A stretch of DNA of 45,227 nt from Chiloscyllium plagiosum (GCF_004010195.1 NC_057718.1:591773-636999), one strand, 5' to 3'; shown: positions 24,600 through 37,577, counted from the first letter of the stretch. Numbers and translations: made by a program. The notes: generated from the sequence alone by a model not told the origin.

Positions 24600-25680
24600 G
24601 CTACTTCTTAACAAACTCAATAAACTCTGAAAATTACTTACAGCTTGGCAATCACCTATATTAGATAGCTTACATCACAGATACTCTAAAATCAACAGCT
24701 GGGCTTTATCATTACTACATCCATCTTCCAAGATCAATGCACATGCTCTCCAAGTCCCTCTTTCACAACTCACTTGTTAGAATAATGCCATTAAATTTAT
24801 ATTGTCCCTCTACAGTCATTTTGCCAAAATATATCATTTCACAGTTTCCTGTATTAAAGTCCATCTGACACCTGTCAACTCATTTTATTCGTCTATGACT
24901 TGCTGCAGTTGTTTGGCGCCCTAATTCTTTGTCCCTCCTCCAAATTTGCAATCATTGTCAAAGTTTGAAATTTAATCTGTATTCCAATATCCAAGAATAA
25001 ATCCATTTGTACATTATTGTAGCACTGATTCTGGAAATATCCAGCACCACTCTAATCTAGAATCTGGTTTCCAGCATCTGGGGATCTTGTTTTTACCTCC
25101 CTGAAAAACTGCAAGTCAATGATTGCTGTCCAAAAGCCAATTTTTATTCAAGCTGGCGATGATCCTTCTAACCCATGAACCACAATCTTATGAACCAATC
25201 TTTTTGTATGTTACCTTGTCAAATGCTTTCTTAAAATCTACTTGAACCACATTGATTGCTCTCTCGCTATCAAAATCCTAGATTTCAAAAAGATTCAAAA
25301 TAATTACTCAAATGAAATTTGACTTTTATAATCTGTGCTAGCTCTCTTTAATTAACTCAAACTTCTCTAAGTTGTCTGTTAATATTTCCTCTCGTTAATA
25401 TTTCAAAAACCTAACCCACCACTGATCTTAAACCAAAATAGAAACAGAAATTGCTGAAGAAACTCAGCAGGTCTAGCAATATCCACTGAGAGAGAAAGTT
25501 AATATTTTAAATTCAATATGACTTCAACAGACCACATTTTATTTCAGATTTCCAGCATCACAGTATTGTGCTTTCAACCGATATCAAACTAATTGGCCTT
25601 AAGTCACCAAACTGGGCTCACACTATTTCTTGAATAAGTGTGTCATATCTGCAACTCTCCAATCCTTTGGTAACTTCACA
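24600..25680 (-). mobile_element. Ancient CR1 RT fragments with small Penelope-derived pieces inserted
   Basis: Minus strand PKDWRVADMTHLFKK, DFKKAFDKV and FDNDCKFGG (FADD-like) remnants. Confidence 0.6.
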
Positions 25681-26574
25681 GTACTCATTATCGTTGGTAA
25701 CTGTATCACTCCAAAAGATCATGCATCCTAACAGTTGTGTTGCTGATGTGAGTCACATTAAGTTCTTCCTTGATCTATGTCCTTACTTTGTTAATCTATC
25801 TCCTCCTCATTCCCTAATATCCATCTTATGCAATAGATCAGCTACAAAGCAAAGTTGAACAGAATTGCTGACAACATTGTATTCCTCCCTGATGAGCTCA
25901 ATGATACTCTGCTCGTTTTGAACAGCAGGTCAGTGAAATGATGCCCCAGGTGCACGTGCACCCACAGACATCAGATCAGCCTTCTTGAGTATAAACCCAT
26001 GGAAAGCATCTGTCCCAAATGGAGTTCTCAGCTGTGTACTCAGATTTTGTGTGGATCAGCTGGTGGGAGTATTCACAGACATCTTGAACCTCTCCTTACT
26101 ACAATACAAAGTCCCTACCTGCTTCATGAAGACCACCATCATCTTGGTGCCAAAGTAAAATCAGGCAATGTGCATTAATGACTACAGTCCAGTGGCTCTG
26201 ACATACATCATTATGAAGTGCTTCAAGAGGTACATATCAAAGCCAGGCTCCCAGACTACCTTGATTCACTACAATTTTTCTACCATCACAACAGGTCTGT
26301 GGTAGACGCCACTTCCCTGGCCTACACTCATCCCTAGAACATCTGGATAACAAGGACATCTATGTCAGACTCTTACTTACTGACTGTCTCCACCGTCAAC
26401 ACTATAATTCCAATAAAGCCTATCTCCAAACCCAAAGACCGAGGAGTCTGCTCCATCCTCTGTAACTGGATCCTTGACTTCCTGACCCACAGACTCTAAC
26501 CAATAAGGATGGTGACAACACCTCCTCTGCAATAATCCTCAATACTGGTTACCTGGAAGGCTGTGTATTCAGCT

Positions 26575-27535
26575 GTGTACTATATACCTTATACTGTACA
26601 CCTTATACTGTACACCTTATACTGTACACCTTATACTATACACCTTATACTGTATACCTTATACTATACACCTTATACTTTACACCTTATACTATACAAC
26701 TTATACTGTGCACGTTATACTGTACACCTTATACTGTACACCTTATACTATACATCTTATACTATACACCTTATACTGTACACGTTATACTGTACACCTT
26801 ATACTGTACACCTTATACTATATATCTTATACTATACACCTTATACTGTACTCCTTATACTATACACCTTATACTGTATGCCTTATACTATACACCTTAT
26901 ACTATACACCTTATACTGTACACCTTATACTGTACACCTTATACTGTATACCTTTTACTGTACACCTTATACTGTACACCTTATACTATACACCTTATAC
27001 TGTATACCTTATACTATACACCTTATACTATACACCTTATACTGCACACCTTATACTGTACACCTTATACTATACACCTTATGCTGTATACCTTATACTA
27101 TACACCTTATACTATACAACTTATACTGTACACGTTATACTGTACACCTTATACTGTACATCTTATACTATACATCTTATACTATACACCTTATACTGTA
27201 CACGTTATACTGTACACCTTATACTATACGTCTTATACTGTACACCTTATACACCTTATACTATACACCTTATACTGTACACCTTATATTATACACCTTA
27301 TACTGTACATCTTATACTGTACACCTTATACTGTACACCTTATACTATGCATCTTATACTGTACACCTTATACCAAACACCTTATACTATACATCTTATA
27401 CTGTACACCTTATACTGTACACCTTATACTATACATCTTATACTATACACCTTATACTATACACCTTATACACCTTATACTATACAACTTATACTATACA
27501 ACTTATACTGTACACCTTATACTATATACCTTACA
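26575..27535. repeat. 14-bp minisatellite TATACT(G/A)TACACCT inside the Rex1 RT
   Basis: Directly visible; lies between EGCVFS and HDCVVKF of RT motif B. Confidence 0.96.
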
Positions 27536-28040
27536 CTTTCATGACTGTGTGGTCAAATTCAGCTCGAACTCCATTTACAAATTTGCTAATGACACCACTG
27601 TAGTGGGTCAGAACTCAAATGACGACAAGACAGAGTAGAAGAAGGGGACAGACAGCTTAGTGGCATGGTGTAAACACAACACGCTGTCCCTCAATGTCAG
27701 GAAGCAGAGTGAACACGCTCCTGCCTGTATAAATTGTGCTGAGGTGGAGCTGGTCGAGTGCTTTAAGCTCCAAGGAGTAAACATCACCAATGATCTACTT
27801 CCTCATTAGGCCAAGGAAATTTGGCATGTCCACAAGGACTCTTACTAATTTTACAGATGTACTATAGAAAGGAACCTATCCAGATGCATCACAGCTTGTT
27901 ATGCCAACAGCTCTGCCCAGGAACACAGGAAATTACAGAATGTTAAGATCACAACCCAGTCCATTTCAAAAACCAGACTTCGTTCCATTGACCCCACCTC
28001 CACATCCCACTGCCTCAGGGAAACAGCCAACATCATCAAT

Positions 28041-30364
28041 CAGGCAGGGTGGGAGTGGTTGAGCGCAGGAGCTGTGGTTTACTAAGGAAGTTGAACCTCT
28101 TGTCAAGAGGAAGAAGAGGCTTATTGTTAAGATGAGATGTGAAGGCTCAGTTCAGGCGCTTGACAATTGCAAGTTAGCCCGGAAGGACCTAAAGAGAGAA
28201 CTAAGACAAGTCGGGAGGAGACATGAGACATCGTTGGCATGTAGGATCGAGGAAACCCCTAAAGCTTTCTACAGGTATATCAGGAATAAAAGAGTGGTGA
28301 GAGAAAGATTAGGGCCAATCAAGGGGAGTATTGGGAAGTTGTGCATGGAATCTGAGGAGAAGTACTAAATGAATATTTTTCGTCAGTATTCACACTGGAA
28401 AAAACAGTGTTATCGAGGAGAATACTGAGATACAGGCTACTAGACTAGATGGGATTGAGGTTCACAAGGAGGTGGTGTTAGCAATTCTGGAAGGTGTAAA
28501 ATTAGTAAAGCCGCTGGGCCAGATGGGATTTATCCTGGGATTCTCTGGGAAGCCAGGAAGGAATTGCAGAGCCTTTGGCTTTGATCTGTATGTCGTCATT
28601 ATCTACAGGAATAGTACCAGAAGACTGGAGGTTAGTAAATGTTGTTCTCTTGTTCAAGAAGGGGAGTAGAGACAACCCTGGAAATTATAGATCTGTAAGC
28701 CTTACTTCAGTTGTAGGTAAAGTGTTGGAAAGGGTTATAAGTGATAGGATTTATAATCATCTAGAGAGGAATAAGCTGATTAGGGATAGTCAACACAGTT
28801 TTGTGAAGGGTAGGTCGTGCCTCACAAACCTTATTGAGTTCTTTGAGAAGGTGACCAAACAGGTGGATGAGGGTAAAGCGGTTGATGTGGTGTACATGGA
28901 TTTGAGCAAAGCGTTCGATAAGGTTCCCCACAGTAGGCTATTGTACAAAATACGGGGGCATGGGATTGAGAGTGATTTAGTGTTTTGGATCAGAAATTGG
29001 CTAGCTGAAAGAAGACAGGGTGGTGTTTGATGGGAAATTTCCTCCTGGAGTTCAGTTACAAGTGGTGTACTGCAAGGATCTCTTTTGGGTCCACTGCTGT
29101 TTGTCATTTTTATTAATGACCTGGATGTGGGCATAGAAGGATGGGTTTAGTAAATTTGCGGATGACACTAAAGTCAGTGGAGTTGTGTATAGTGACAAAG
29201 GATGTTGTAGGTTACAGAGAGACATCGATAAGCTGCAGAGCTGGGCTGAGAGGTGGCAAATGGAGTTTAATGTCAAAAAATGCGAGATGATTCATTTTGA
29301 AAGGAGCAACAGGAATAGAAAGTATTGGACTAATGGTAAGATTCTTGGTAGTATGGATGAGCAGAGAGATCTCAGTGCCCAGGTACATAGATTTCTGAAA
29401 GTTACCACCCAGGTTGATAGGGTTGTTAAGAAGGCATACGGTGTGTTAGCTTTTATTGGTGGTGGGATTGAGTTTCAGAGCCACGAGGTCATGCTGCAGT
29501 TGTACAAAACTCTAGTGCGGCCACACTCGGAGTATTGTGTACAGTTCTGGTCACCGCATTATAGGAAGAATGTGGAAACATCGGAAAGGGTGCAGCGGAG
29601 ATTTACCAGGATGTTGCCTGGTATGGAGGGAAGGTCTTATGAGGAAAGGCTGAGGGACTTGAGGCTGTTTTAATTAGAAGAAGATTAAGAGGTGACTTAA
29701 TTGAGACATACAATTTGGCGGCACGGTGGCACAGTGGTTAGCACTGCTGCCTCACAGCGCCAGAGACCCGGGTTCAATTCCCGCCTCAGGCGACTGACTG
29801 TGTGGAGTTTGCACGTTCTCCCCGTGTCTGCGTGGGTTTCCTCCGGGTGCTCCGGTTTCCTCCCACCATCCAAAGATGTGCAGGGTCAGGTGAATTGGCC
29901 ATACTAAGTTGCCTGTAGTGTTAGGTAAGGGGTAAATGTAGGGGTATGGGTGGGTTTCGCTTCGGCGGGTCGGTGTGGACTTGTTGGGCCGAAGGGCCTG
30001 TTTCTACACTCTAATCTAATCTAATCTAAAAATACAAGATGATCAGAGGATTAGATAGGGTGGACAGGGAGAGCCTTTTTCCTCGGATGGTGATGGCGAG
30101 CACGAGGGGACATAGCTTTAAATTGAGGGGTGATAGATATAGGGCAGATGTCAGAGGTAGTTTCTTTACTCAGAGAGTAGCAGGGGTGTGGGACACACTG
30201 CCTGCAACAGCAGTAGACTCACCAACTTTAAGGGCCTTTAAATGGTCATTGGATAGACATATGGACGAGAATGGAACAGTGTAGGATGGATAGGTTTCAG
30301 ATTGGTTCCACAGGTCGGCTGAAGGGCCTGTACTGCGCTGTAATGCTCTATGTTCTATGTTCTA
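28041..30364 (+). mobile_element. CR1/HER1-type LINE (RT region to tail), frameshifted, nested in Rex1
   Basis: PGNYRSVSLTS, YMDLSKAFDKVPH, KFADD, WQMEFNVKKC, RGHSFKL; (TGTTCTA)n tail. Confidence 0.95.
29717..30028 (+). mobile_element. HE1-like SINE nested in CR1
   Basis: Near-identical to 16626-16945; ATACAA duplicated at 29708-29713 and 30032-30037. Confidence 0.93.
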
Positions 30365-30548
30365 CCCCACCAACCCTGATTATACCCTCCTCCATCATCT
30401 TACATCGGGCAGAAGATACAAATGTTTGAAAGCACCCACCAACAGACTTAAGAATAGTTTCTTCCCTGCTGTTATCAGACTTATGAATGGACCTCTGATA
30501 TATTATATTTCTCTGCACCTTCTCTGTAGCTGTAACACTGCGGGGGCC

Positions 30549-30701
30549 GTTCTGTTATAACATATGTTTCATTACTGTGAATTTGTTGTAATGTGATTGA
30601 CAAATTGGGGATGCCCCATTAGTTTAGATGGTGCGGCTATTACTCAATTTTCTTATAACACAGGATTGTATGAGTGCAGAACTACAGCGTTATAGCAGAA
30701 C
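30549..30701. mobile_element. Small MITE-like element in the Rex1 3' UTR
   Basis: 13-bp inverted termini GTTCTGTTATAAC / GTTATAGCAGAAC (1 mismatch). Confidence 0.45.
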
Positions 30702-31090
30702 TGTATTCTGAATTCTGTCCTGTGACCCTGACGTATTCATATAAGGTATGATTTATCTGGTGAGCACGCAATACAATACTTTTCACTGTATCTCTGTACG
30801 TGACAATAATAAGTCAAATCAAAATCAGCTCCTTCTTTGAAATTAATGTTCTTCTTCCTCTCGAATCCCAGCCGCACAGTTAAAAACTCCTCCCCTCACT
30901 CGAACTGTTTTTAGCAGCTCTTCACTGTCAATGATTTTAATTTTCATTTTGATTCCTCTCTTGCTCTCTTTGACATCTGTACACTCTTATCTTTAATCAG
31001 CATTACCTTCCACAAAATATGTTCCAACTGTGCTCTGATTTACTTAAGGGCAAGATCTGGTCAGTTCCAGGATTCCTGCCTTCAACAATT

Positions 31091-31808
31091 AGAACATAGA
31101 ACATAGAACAATCCAGCGCAGAACAGGCCCTTCGGCCCTCGATGTTGCACCGACCTGTGAACTATTCTCAGCTTGTCCCCCCATATTGTCCCATCATCAT
31201 CCATGTGCTTATCTAAGGATTGTTTAAATCTCCCTAATGTGGCTGAGTTGACTACATTAGCAGGTAGGGCATTCCACGCCCTTACCACTCTCTGCGTAAA
31301 GAACCTGCCTCTAACATCTGTCTTAAATCTATCACCCCTCAATTTGTAGCTATGTCCCCTCGTACACACTGACGTCATCATCCTAGGAAAAAGACTTTCA
31401 CTGTCTACCCTATCTAATCTTCTGATCATCTTGTATGTCTCTATCAAATCCCCTCTTAGCCTTCTTCTCTCCAATGAGAACAGACCCAAGTCTCTCAGCC
31501 TTTCCTCATAAGACCTTCCCTCCAGACCAGCCAACATCCTGATAAATCTCCTCTGTACCTTTTCTAATGCCTCCACATCCTTCCTGAAATATGGGGACCA
31601 GCACTGTACACAATATTCCAAGTGTGGCTGCACCAGCGTTTTGTATAGTTGCAGCATGATATTGCAGCTCCGGAACTCAATCCCTCTACCAATGAAACCC
31701 AACACACCGTAAGCCTTCTTAACAGCACTATCCACCTGAGTGGCAACTTTCAGGGATCTATGTACATGGACACCAAGATCCCTCTGCACATCCACACTAC
31801 CAAGAATT
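31091..31808 (-). mobile_element. 5'-truncated, well preserved CR1/HER1-type LINE
   Basis: Open frame ILGSVDVQRDLGVHVHRSLK...HMDDDG; tail (TGTTCTA)n; AATT at both junctions. Confidence 0.93.
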
Positions 31809-31809
31809 A

Positions 31810-32460
31810 AGTTAATTTCTACAGACCAATTCACATTCTACAACATTTTTTCCTGTGTCTGATTGATAGCATTTCATAAAAAATTCATAAAAATTCTCTG
31901 CCCCAGAGTAAAGAATTTTGAATTCCTTGGCATGACCTTTAGTAATATCCATGCGGCAAGTTTTTCTTCTCTGGTCTTTCCCCATCTTGACAATTCTGTG
32001 ATAATTATGGCACATTTGTTATTTCTGGGTGAAATATTTGGACAGGAACTTGCAAAACTACTTGCAAACTTCAATTTCTCAAACGGGAATATTACTAAAG
32101 ATTAATCTTTTCATTGAGTCAACGAATCAAATAATGCAGTTGAAAAAAGATACAGCTTTGAGCAAAGTCTCTAAAACATTAAGGACATGTGCTTGTTTAT
32201 AAATCATCGGTCCAAGAATAATTTCACTACTAGTCACTGCATTATCCCAATAAACATTTAGAAATTCATGTTTAAGCAATGAATATTCACAGCATACATT
32301 GCAGTATTAACTAGCTCTGGATCAAAACTATTGCTTTTGCGTTTTATATCAAGGTATTGAAGGTATAATCGATTGAAAGAATTAATGATCTGATAAAAAG
32401 AATCATTAGAGTTTCTTGAAACATTTTCTGTTTAAACTTCTGATCTACAACATTTTTTTG
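31810..32460 (-). other. Decayed protein-like sequence of unknown origin
   Basis: Successive frameshifted segments SFYQIINSFNRLYLQYLDIKRKSNSFDPELVNTAMY / LLKHEFLNVYWDNAVTSSEIILGPMIYKQAHVLNVLETLLKAV / KEFKILYSGAENFYEFFMKCY; no family recognised. Confidence 0.4.
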
Positions 32461-32469
32461 TACATTTTG

Positions 32470-34510
32470 CTCATGGGATGTGGGTGTCACTGGTTGGCAT
32501 GGATTTATTACCCATCACTAAATGGCCTGTAGAAGGTGGGTACTGAGTTAACGCAGTCCTCAGCCCTACCCCCAATCCTCGGGGATAGGGCCACCCACAG
32601 TGCTTTCAGGAAGAGAGTTCCAGGATTTTGATTTGGTGGCAGTGAAGGAACAGTGACCTAGCTCCAAGCTAATCAACTGTTCAAAGATACAATTGCACAT
32701 CTCTGGAGCAGGTAGAATGGACTTAAATACGCATTGTGGTTGGATGGGAATGTACTGGTGGCAGGACTCCCAGGCATCTACTGCCCATGGCCTTGTTATT
32801 AATTCATTTATGTGGTCTATAGACATCAGCGGCTTGTCCAGCATTTATTGCCTGTTCCTACTTGTTCTTGAGAAGGTGGCAAGAGCTGGCTTCTTGAGCT
32901 GCTGTAGTTCATTTGTTGTAAGTGCACCCATAATGCTGTTAGGGAGGGAGTTCCAAGATCTTGGACTCAGTGACAGTGAAGGAACAAGTCAGGATGATAA
33001 GTGCCTTGGAAGAGAACTTGCACAGGGTCATGTTCCCATGTACTTTCTGCCTTTGTCCATCTCCAGGGAAGTCGTTGTGAGTTTGGAAGATGCTATAGAA
33101 CCTTGGGGAATTTCTGCAGTGCGTCTTGTGGTTGGTGCACGTGCTGTCACAGTGTGAACTGAATGAATCTTTGTGGATGTGGTGCCAATAAAGGGTTTGT
33201 TTTACCTGGACGGTGTCAAGCTTCCTGAGTGTTGTTGGGGCTGCACCCATCCAGACAAGTGGGGAGTATTCCATCGCACTCCTGACTTGTGCCTTGTAGA
33301 TGGTGGAGATGCTTTGGGGAAATCAGGAAGTGAATTACTTGCTGCAGGGCTCCTAGCCTCAGTCACTCTATTTACGTGGTGAGTCCAATTGAGATTCTGG
33401 TCACAGGATATTGCTCGTGAGGGATTCTCTCTTGTTTGAGATGGTCACTGTGTGGCACTTCTGTGGAATGAACGTTTCTTGTCCCTTGTCATGCCAAACC
33501 TGGATATTCTCTGGGTTTTGCTACTTTGGGAAATGGACTGTGTCTGTGTGAGGAGACGTAAATGTTGCTGAATATTGTGTAGTCAGAGAATCATAGAATG
33601 TCTACAGTGTGGAAACAGGCCATTCAGCCCATTGACTTAACGCTGTCCTTCCAAAGAGCATCCCACCCTGATCCATTCCCCCCTTCCCTATCCCGTAACC
33701 CTGCATTTCCCATGGCCAATTCACCGAACCTGCACTACTTTGGACTGTGGGAGGAAACTGGAGCACCCGGAGGAAACCCACGTAGGCACTGGGAGAATGT
33801 GCAAACTCCACACAGACAGTGACCCAAGGAATCAAACCTGGGTCCCTGGTGCTATGAGGCAGCACTGCGGACCACTGAGCCAAATCCCTTATGCAGGTCC
33901 ATCTATAGCATCCAGCAATAATCATCAGGGAATATCATTACCTCTGATCTGATGATGAAGTAGCTAAAGATGGTTGGGCCAAGGACACTCTCCGGAGGAG
34001 TTAATGCAAAGTGCTCTGGAGTTAAGATGATTGACTTCTAACAACCACAACTATTTTCCTTTGTACCAAGTGTGACTCCAACCAATGGAGAGAGTTTTTT
34101 CCCGATTCCCATTGAACCCAGTTTTGCTGAAGGTCCTTGATGCCACATTTGGTTAAATGGGGCCTTAATCAGGGCAATTTCTCTCCCCCTCCCCTCTGGA
34201 ATCCAGCTCCTATTGTCCATATTTGACCCAAGGCTGTAATGAGATCAGGAGCTGAGTGACCCCGGGGGAACCCAAACAGCATCACTGAGCAGGTTATAGC
34301 TGAGCAGGTGCTGCTTGATAGCTCTGTTACTGACACCGTCCATCACTTTACTGGGGATCGAGAGTAGACTGATGGAGTGGGAATTGATTGGCTTGGATAT
34401 GTTCTGATTTTTGTGCACAGGATTTATCTGGGCAATTTTCCACATTGTCAGGTAAATGCCAGTGTTGTAGCTGTACTGGAACAGCTTGACTAGGGGCATG
34501 GCAAATTCTG
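32470..34510 (-). mobile_element. L2/CR1-group LINE, decayed, interrupted by a SINE
   Basis: PLVKLFQYSYNTGIYLTMWKIAQINPVHK and MEYSPLVWMGAAPTTLRKLDTVQ; 3' region present twice (32470-32660, 32800-33000). Confidence 0.8.
33586..33880 (-). mobile_element. HE1-like SINE
   Basis: V-domain and AGAATC-type tail on the minus strand. Confidence 0.85.
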
Positions 34511-34599
34511 TAAAAATTAATTTTGTGTAAATTAAGGAGCGGAGCATGGATTTCAAAGGGGAAAATAATTTTCATTTATTTGTTGCATGCTGTCCGTGG

Positions 34600-36170
34600 A
34601 CTTACATTAGGAATTTGGTTAAGTGCCACACAACAGATTTGTAAGGGAAGTTATAGGTCTTCATATAAAAGAGACAGGAGCAACAAAACTGGCTGAGTGA
34701 TAGGAAACAGAGAGGAATAGTCAACGGATATGTTTCAGCTATTCAGGAAAGTTCTGCAGGGGTCAGTGTTGGGACATTTGCTTTTGCTGGATCTGTATGC
34801 CAAGATCCAACAATTTGGATCTTGGCATACAGAGTACAATGGTAAAGATTGCAGATGATACAAAACTTGGAAAGATTTCTGAGGAGGACAGTGCAGAACT
34901 CCAAAAGACATTGACAAACCATTGGAGTGGACATATAGATGGTGGATAAAGTTCAATACAGAGAAACTGAGTGATGCATTGTGGTGTAAAGCACAGACAG
35001 CAGCAGCAAAATCTGTGGAACAACCCCCCATCAAAGCAGCCTCAGTACCTGAGGCACTAACAGTTCTGCATATTCCTATGTGTCCCATCGAAAGACCAAT
35101 TAATGGACATATCGCCTTAAACTCAGAAAATGAAATGTCTGCTTGGTTTTGGAGTTATAGAAGTCTACTGCACAGGAAAAAGGCCCATCAGCCTATCAAC
35201 TCTGCACCAGGAAAGAGCCACCACCAAACTACATTAAAAACAGAGACTGCTGGAGTGCTGGTCACTGAAATCAAAATGTTAACTCTGTTTTCTCTTTACA
35301 CATGCTGCCAGACGGCCTGAGTTTCTCCAGCAATTTCTGTTTTTGTTTGTTTCAAATCCAGTACCTGCAGTTCTTTTCTCTTATTCATTTAACTATTCTA
35401 ATCCCACTTTCCATCACTTGACCCATAGCCCTGTGTGCCCTGGCATTGCAAGTGCACATCTAAATATTTCTTAAATGTCATCCTTACAGGAAGTGAGTTC
35501 CAGATTCTCAACATCCTCTGAGTTAAAAAAAAACTTCACTCACATCCCCCCAAATCTCCTGTCCCCTAACTTAAATCTATACTTCCAGCCATTTACCCCC
35601 CGCTTCCCCCCACCAAGGGGAAAAGTTTCTTGTGCCTCCCATAATATTATGCATCTCAGTCCTGGCCCCCAATTAGTACTATCTGCTCCAAGGAAAACAA
35701 AAGATGTGTGGGTTTGGTGGATTTGCTCAATTGCCCAAAAGTATCCAACGATGTTCAGACTAGGTGGATTAACAATTGGAAATGCAGGGTTACAGGGATG
35801 GGGAGGGGCAGGTCTAGGTGGGATGTTCTTCGGGGAGTCAGTGCAGACTCGATGGGTTGAACAGCCTGCTTCCACATCGTAGGGATTCTATGATTTCATT
35901 CACTCCGGTTTATTCGATGTCCCTTCATGATTAAAACCATGATAGCACCTTCTTCAGTGCTATCACATCCGTCTTATAATATGGAGTATAGAACCACATA
36001 CAACACTGCAGCTGTGGTCTAACCAATGTTAGTTACAGCATCATCTCCTTTCCCTTAGACTCTGTACCTCAGCTAATTAAGGCAAATATCCCATACACCT
36101 TTTTAATCACTTTATCTACCTGTTGCACTACCTTCAAAGGACCAGTGGACATTCACACCAAGGTTCACCA
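34600..36170. mobile_element. Patchwork of old CR1, SINE (35700-35895) and Penelope-end (35260-35375) fragments
   Basis: KIADDTKLG..LQKDIDK motifs on +; CR1 3' remnants on -; SINE 3' half. Confidence 0.55.
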
Positions 36171-36967
36171 GATTGTCAAAGCATCCCAGAGTCATACTGA
36201 TCATCATGTTTTGGGGATTTGTATTTGCTAAATAAATAAGAAAATGGAAAACTAGCTCTTCTGGACAGTCCCAATTCCCTGTGACAGGAACAGAAATCAC
36301 TGGCGAAACTCAGCAGATTGGCAGCATCTGATAAACAGTTGCCAGATTTGAAACGTTAACTCAACTTTCTTCCCATAGATGCTGCCAGACCTGCTGACTT
36401 CTGTTTTATTTCAGATCTCCAATATCTGCAGTTCTTTGTTTTATTTTAGTGCCCGGTTACCTGTGTTTCGTTGTTGGCTGCTCCTGGGTGATAATCCTGT
36501 CGACACATTTACCATCAGGGAGCCCGAAGCCAACTTGAAGTTGAAAGGGAAGAGCTGACTTCTCTTGAATTTCTGAAGAGGAAAGATAATTGAAATCCTG
36601 CAAATTCTAACATATTAGAAACATCTCATTGGCTTTTCTACGTTTCGTTTATTTAACTTAAAATTCAGACATTACTTGTTAATCAAATGATCTTAGATCA
36701 AACTGGGTTTAGTGGTTCAATTTGTTGCAAACTGTTTCTTGCTAAATGGTAAGATTTATTATTACTGAATAAGCTCAATGTTTTATCATTACACTTTGTT
36801 ATATGCAGTAATTTTACAGAAGTGTTACATGCCAGACGATCTTCTTAAACAGTACTGTTTGGTCTAATCTTAATTTTGCAAGCTGCATCAATTTCTTTTG
36901 GAGGGTTTTCTACTGTGAGCCCTAGCGAGATTTTTTGTTATCTCTTACCAAACACATCTCATTACCT

Positions 36968-37180
36968 GGGGAGAAAGTGAGGTCTGCAGATGCTGGAGAT
37001 CAGAGCCGGAGATGTGTTGCTGGAAAAGCGCAGCAGGTCAGGCAGCATCCAGGGAACAGGAGAATCGACGTTTCGGGCATAAGCCCTTCCTGAAGAAGGG
37101 CTTATGCCCAAAACGTCGATTCTCCTGTTCCCTGGATGCTGCCTGACCTGCTGCGCTTTTCCAGCAACACATCTCCGGCC
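36968..37180. mobile_element. Palindromic Penelope-derived insertion with 15-bp TSD
   Basis: Inverted arms meeting at ~37090; CACATCTCATTACCT at 36953-36967 and 37181-37195; CTGAAGA-A-GGGC-ttat-GCCC-AAAA-CGTC. Confidence 0.9.
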
Positions 37181-37349
37181 CACATCTCATTACCTACTTG
37201 CCTGACCTCATGGTGTCCCACACATTCAATGCTAGAGCATTCTTACCATGCACCATTCCCAAAACAACCTACCACTCACCAGGTATCCACCAACAGGCCA
37301 ACATCCCTGACACCCAGACAAGCACCTGCATTCCAGAGCTGCCCTTCTT

Positions 37350-37577
37350 GTTCACAGGAGAAGAGGAAGATGGTGCCGCAATTCTCTGACAGGGACCTGG
37401 AGATCCTGGGGAATGGGATGTTGCAAATGAGGGGCGCCCTCTTCCCGGAGGACTGGCAGAGGAGGCCATGACACTGGGTCCTGGTCTAGTCTGAGTTCAC
37501 CACTCAGATCCGTGCCACCTCAATTGTGCCAAGGAATGGCCTGCAGAGGCACAAGGTCAATGAACTTCTCTGTCAGG
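37350..37577 (+). mobile_element. Myb/SANT-like domain remnant, probably PIF/Harbinger
   Basis: VPQFSDRDLEILGNGMLQMRGALFPEDWQRRP...KVNELL resembles the Myb/SANT-like pattern F(S/T)..(D/E)LE.L......LF...W...R...K..NDL; stops and frameshifts present. Confidence 0.55.

Larger units (their letters stand above)
25844..30823 (+). mobile_element. Rex1/Babar-clade LINE hosting nested insertions
   Basis: LPDELN, QLVGVFTDILNLSL, NDYSPVALTYIIMKCF, KFANDTTVVG, and after the CR1 insert SGRRYKCLKAPTNRLKNSFFPAVIRLMN; flanked by ATCAGCT at 25837-25843 and 30824-30830. Confidence 0.88.

Noticed and set aside
26563..27603. 346-aa Tyr/Thr/Leu-rich protein
   Set aside because: Stop-free 14-bp repeat; open in all + frames.
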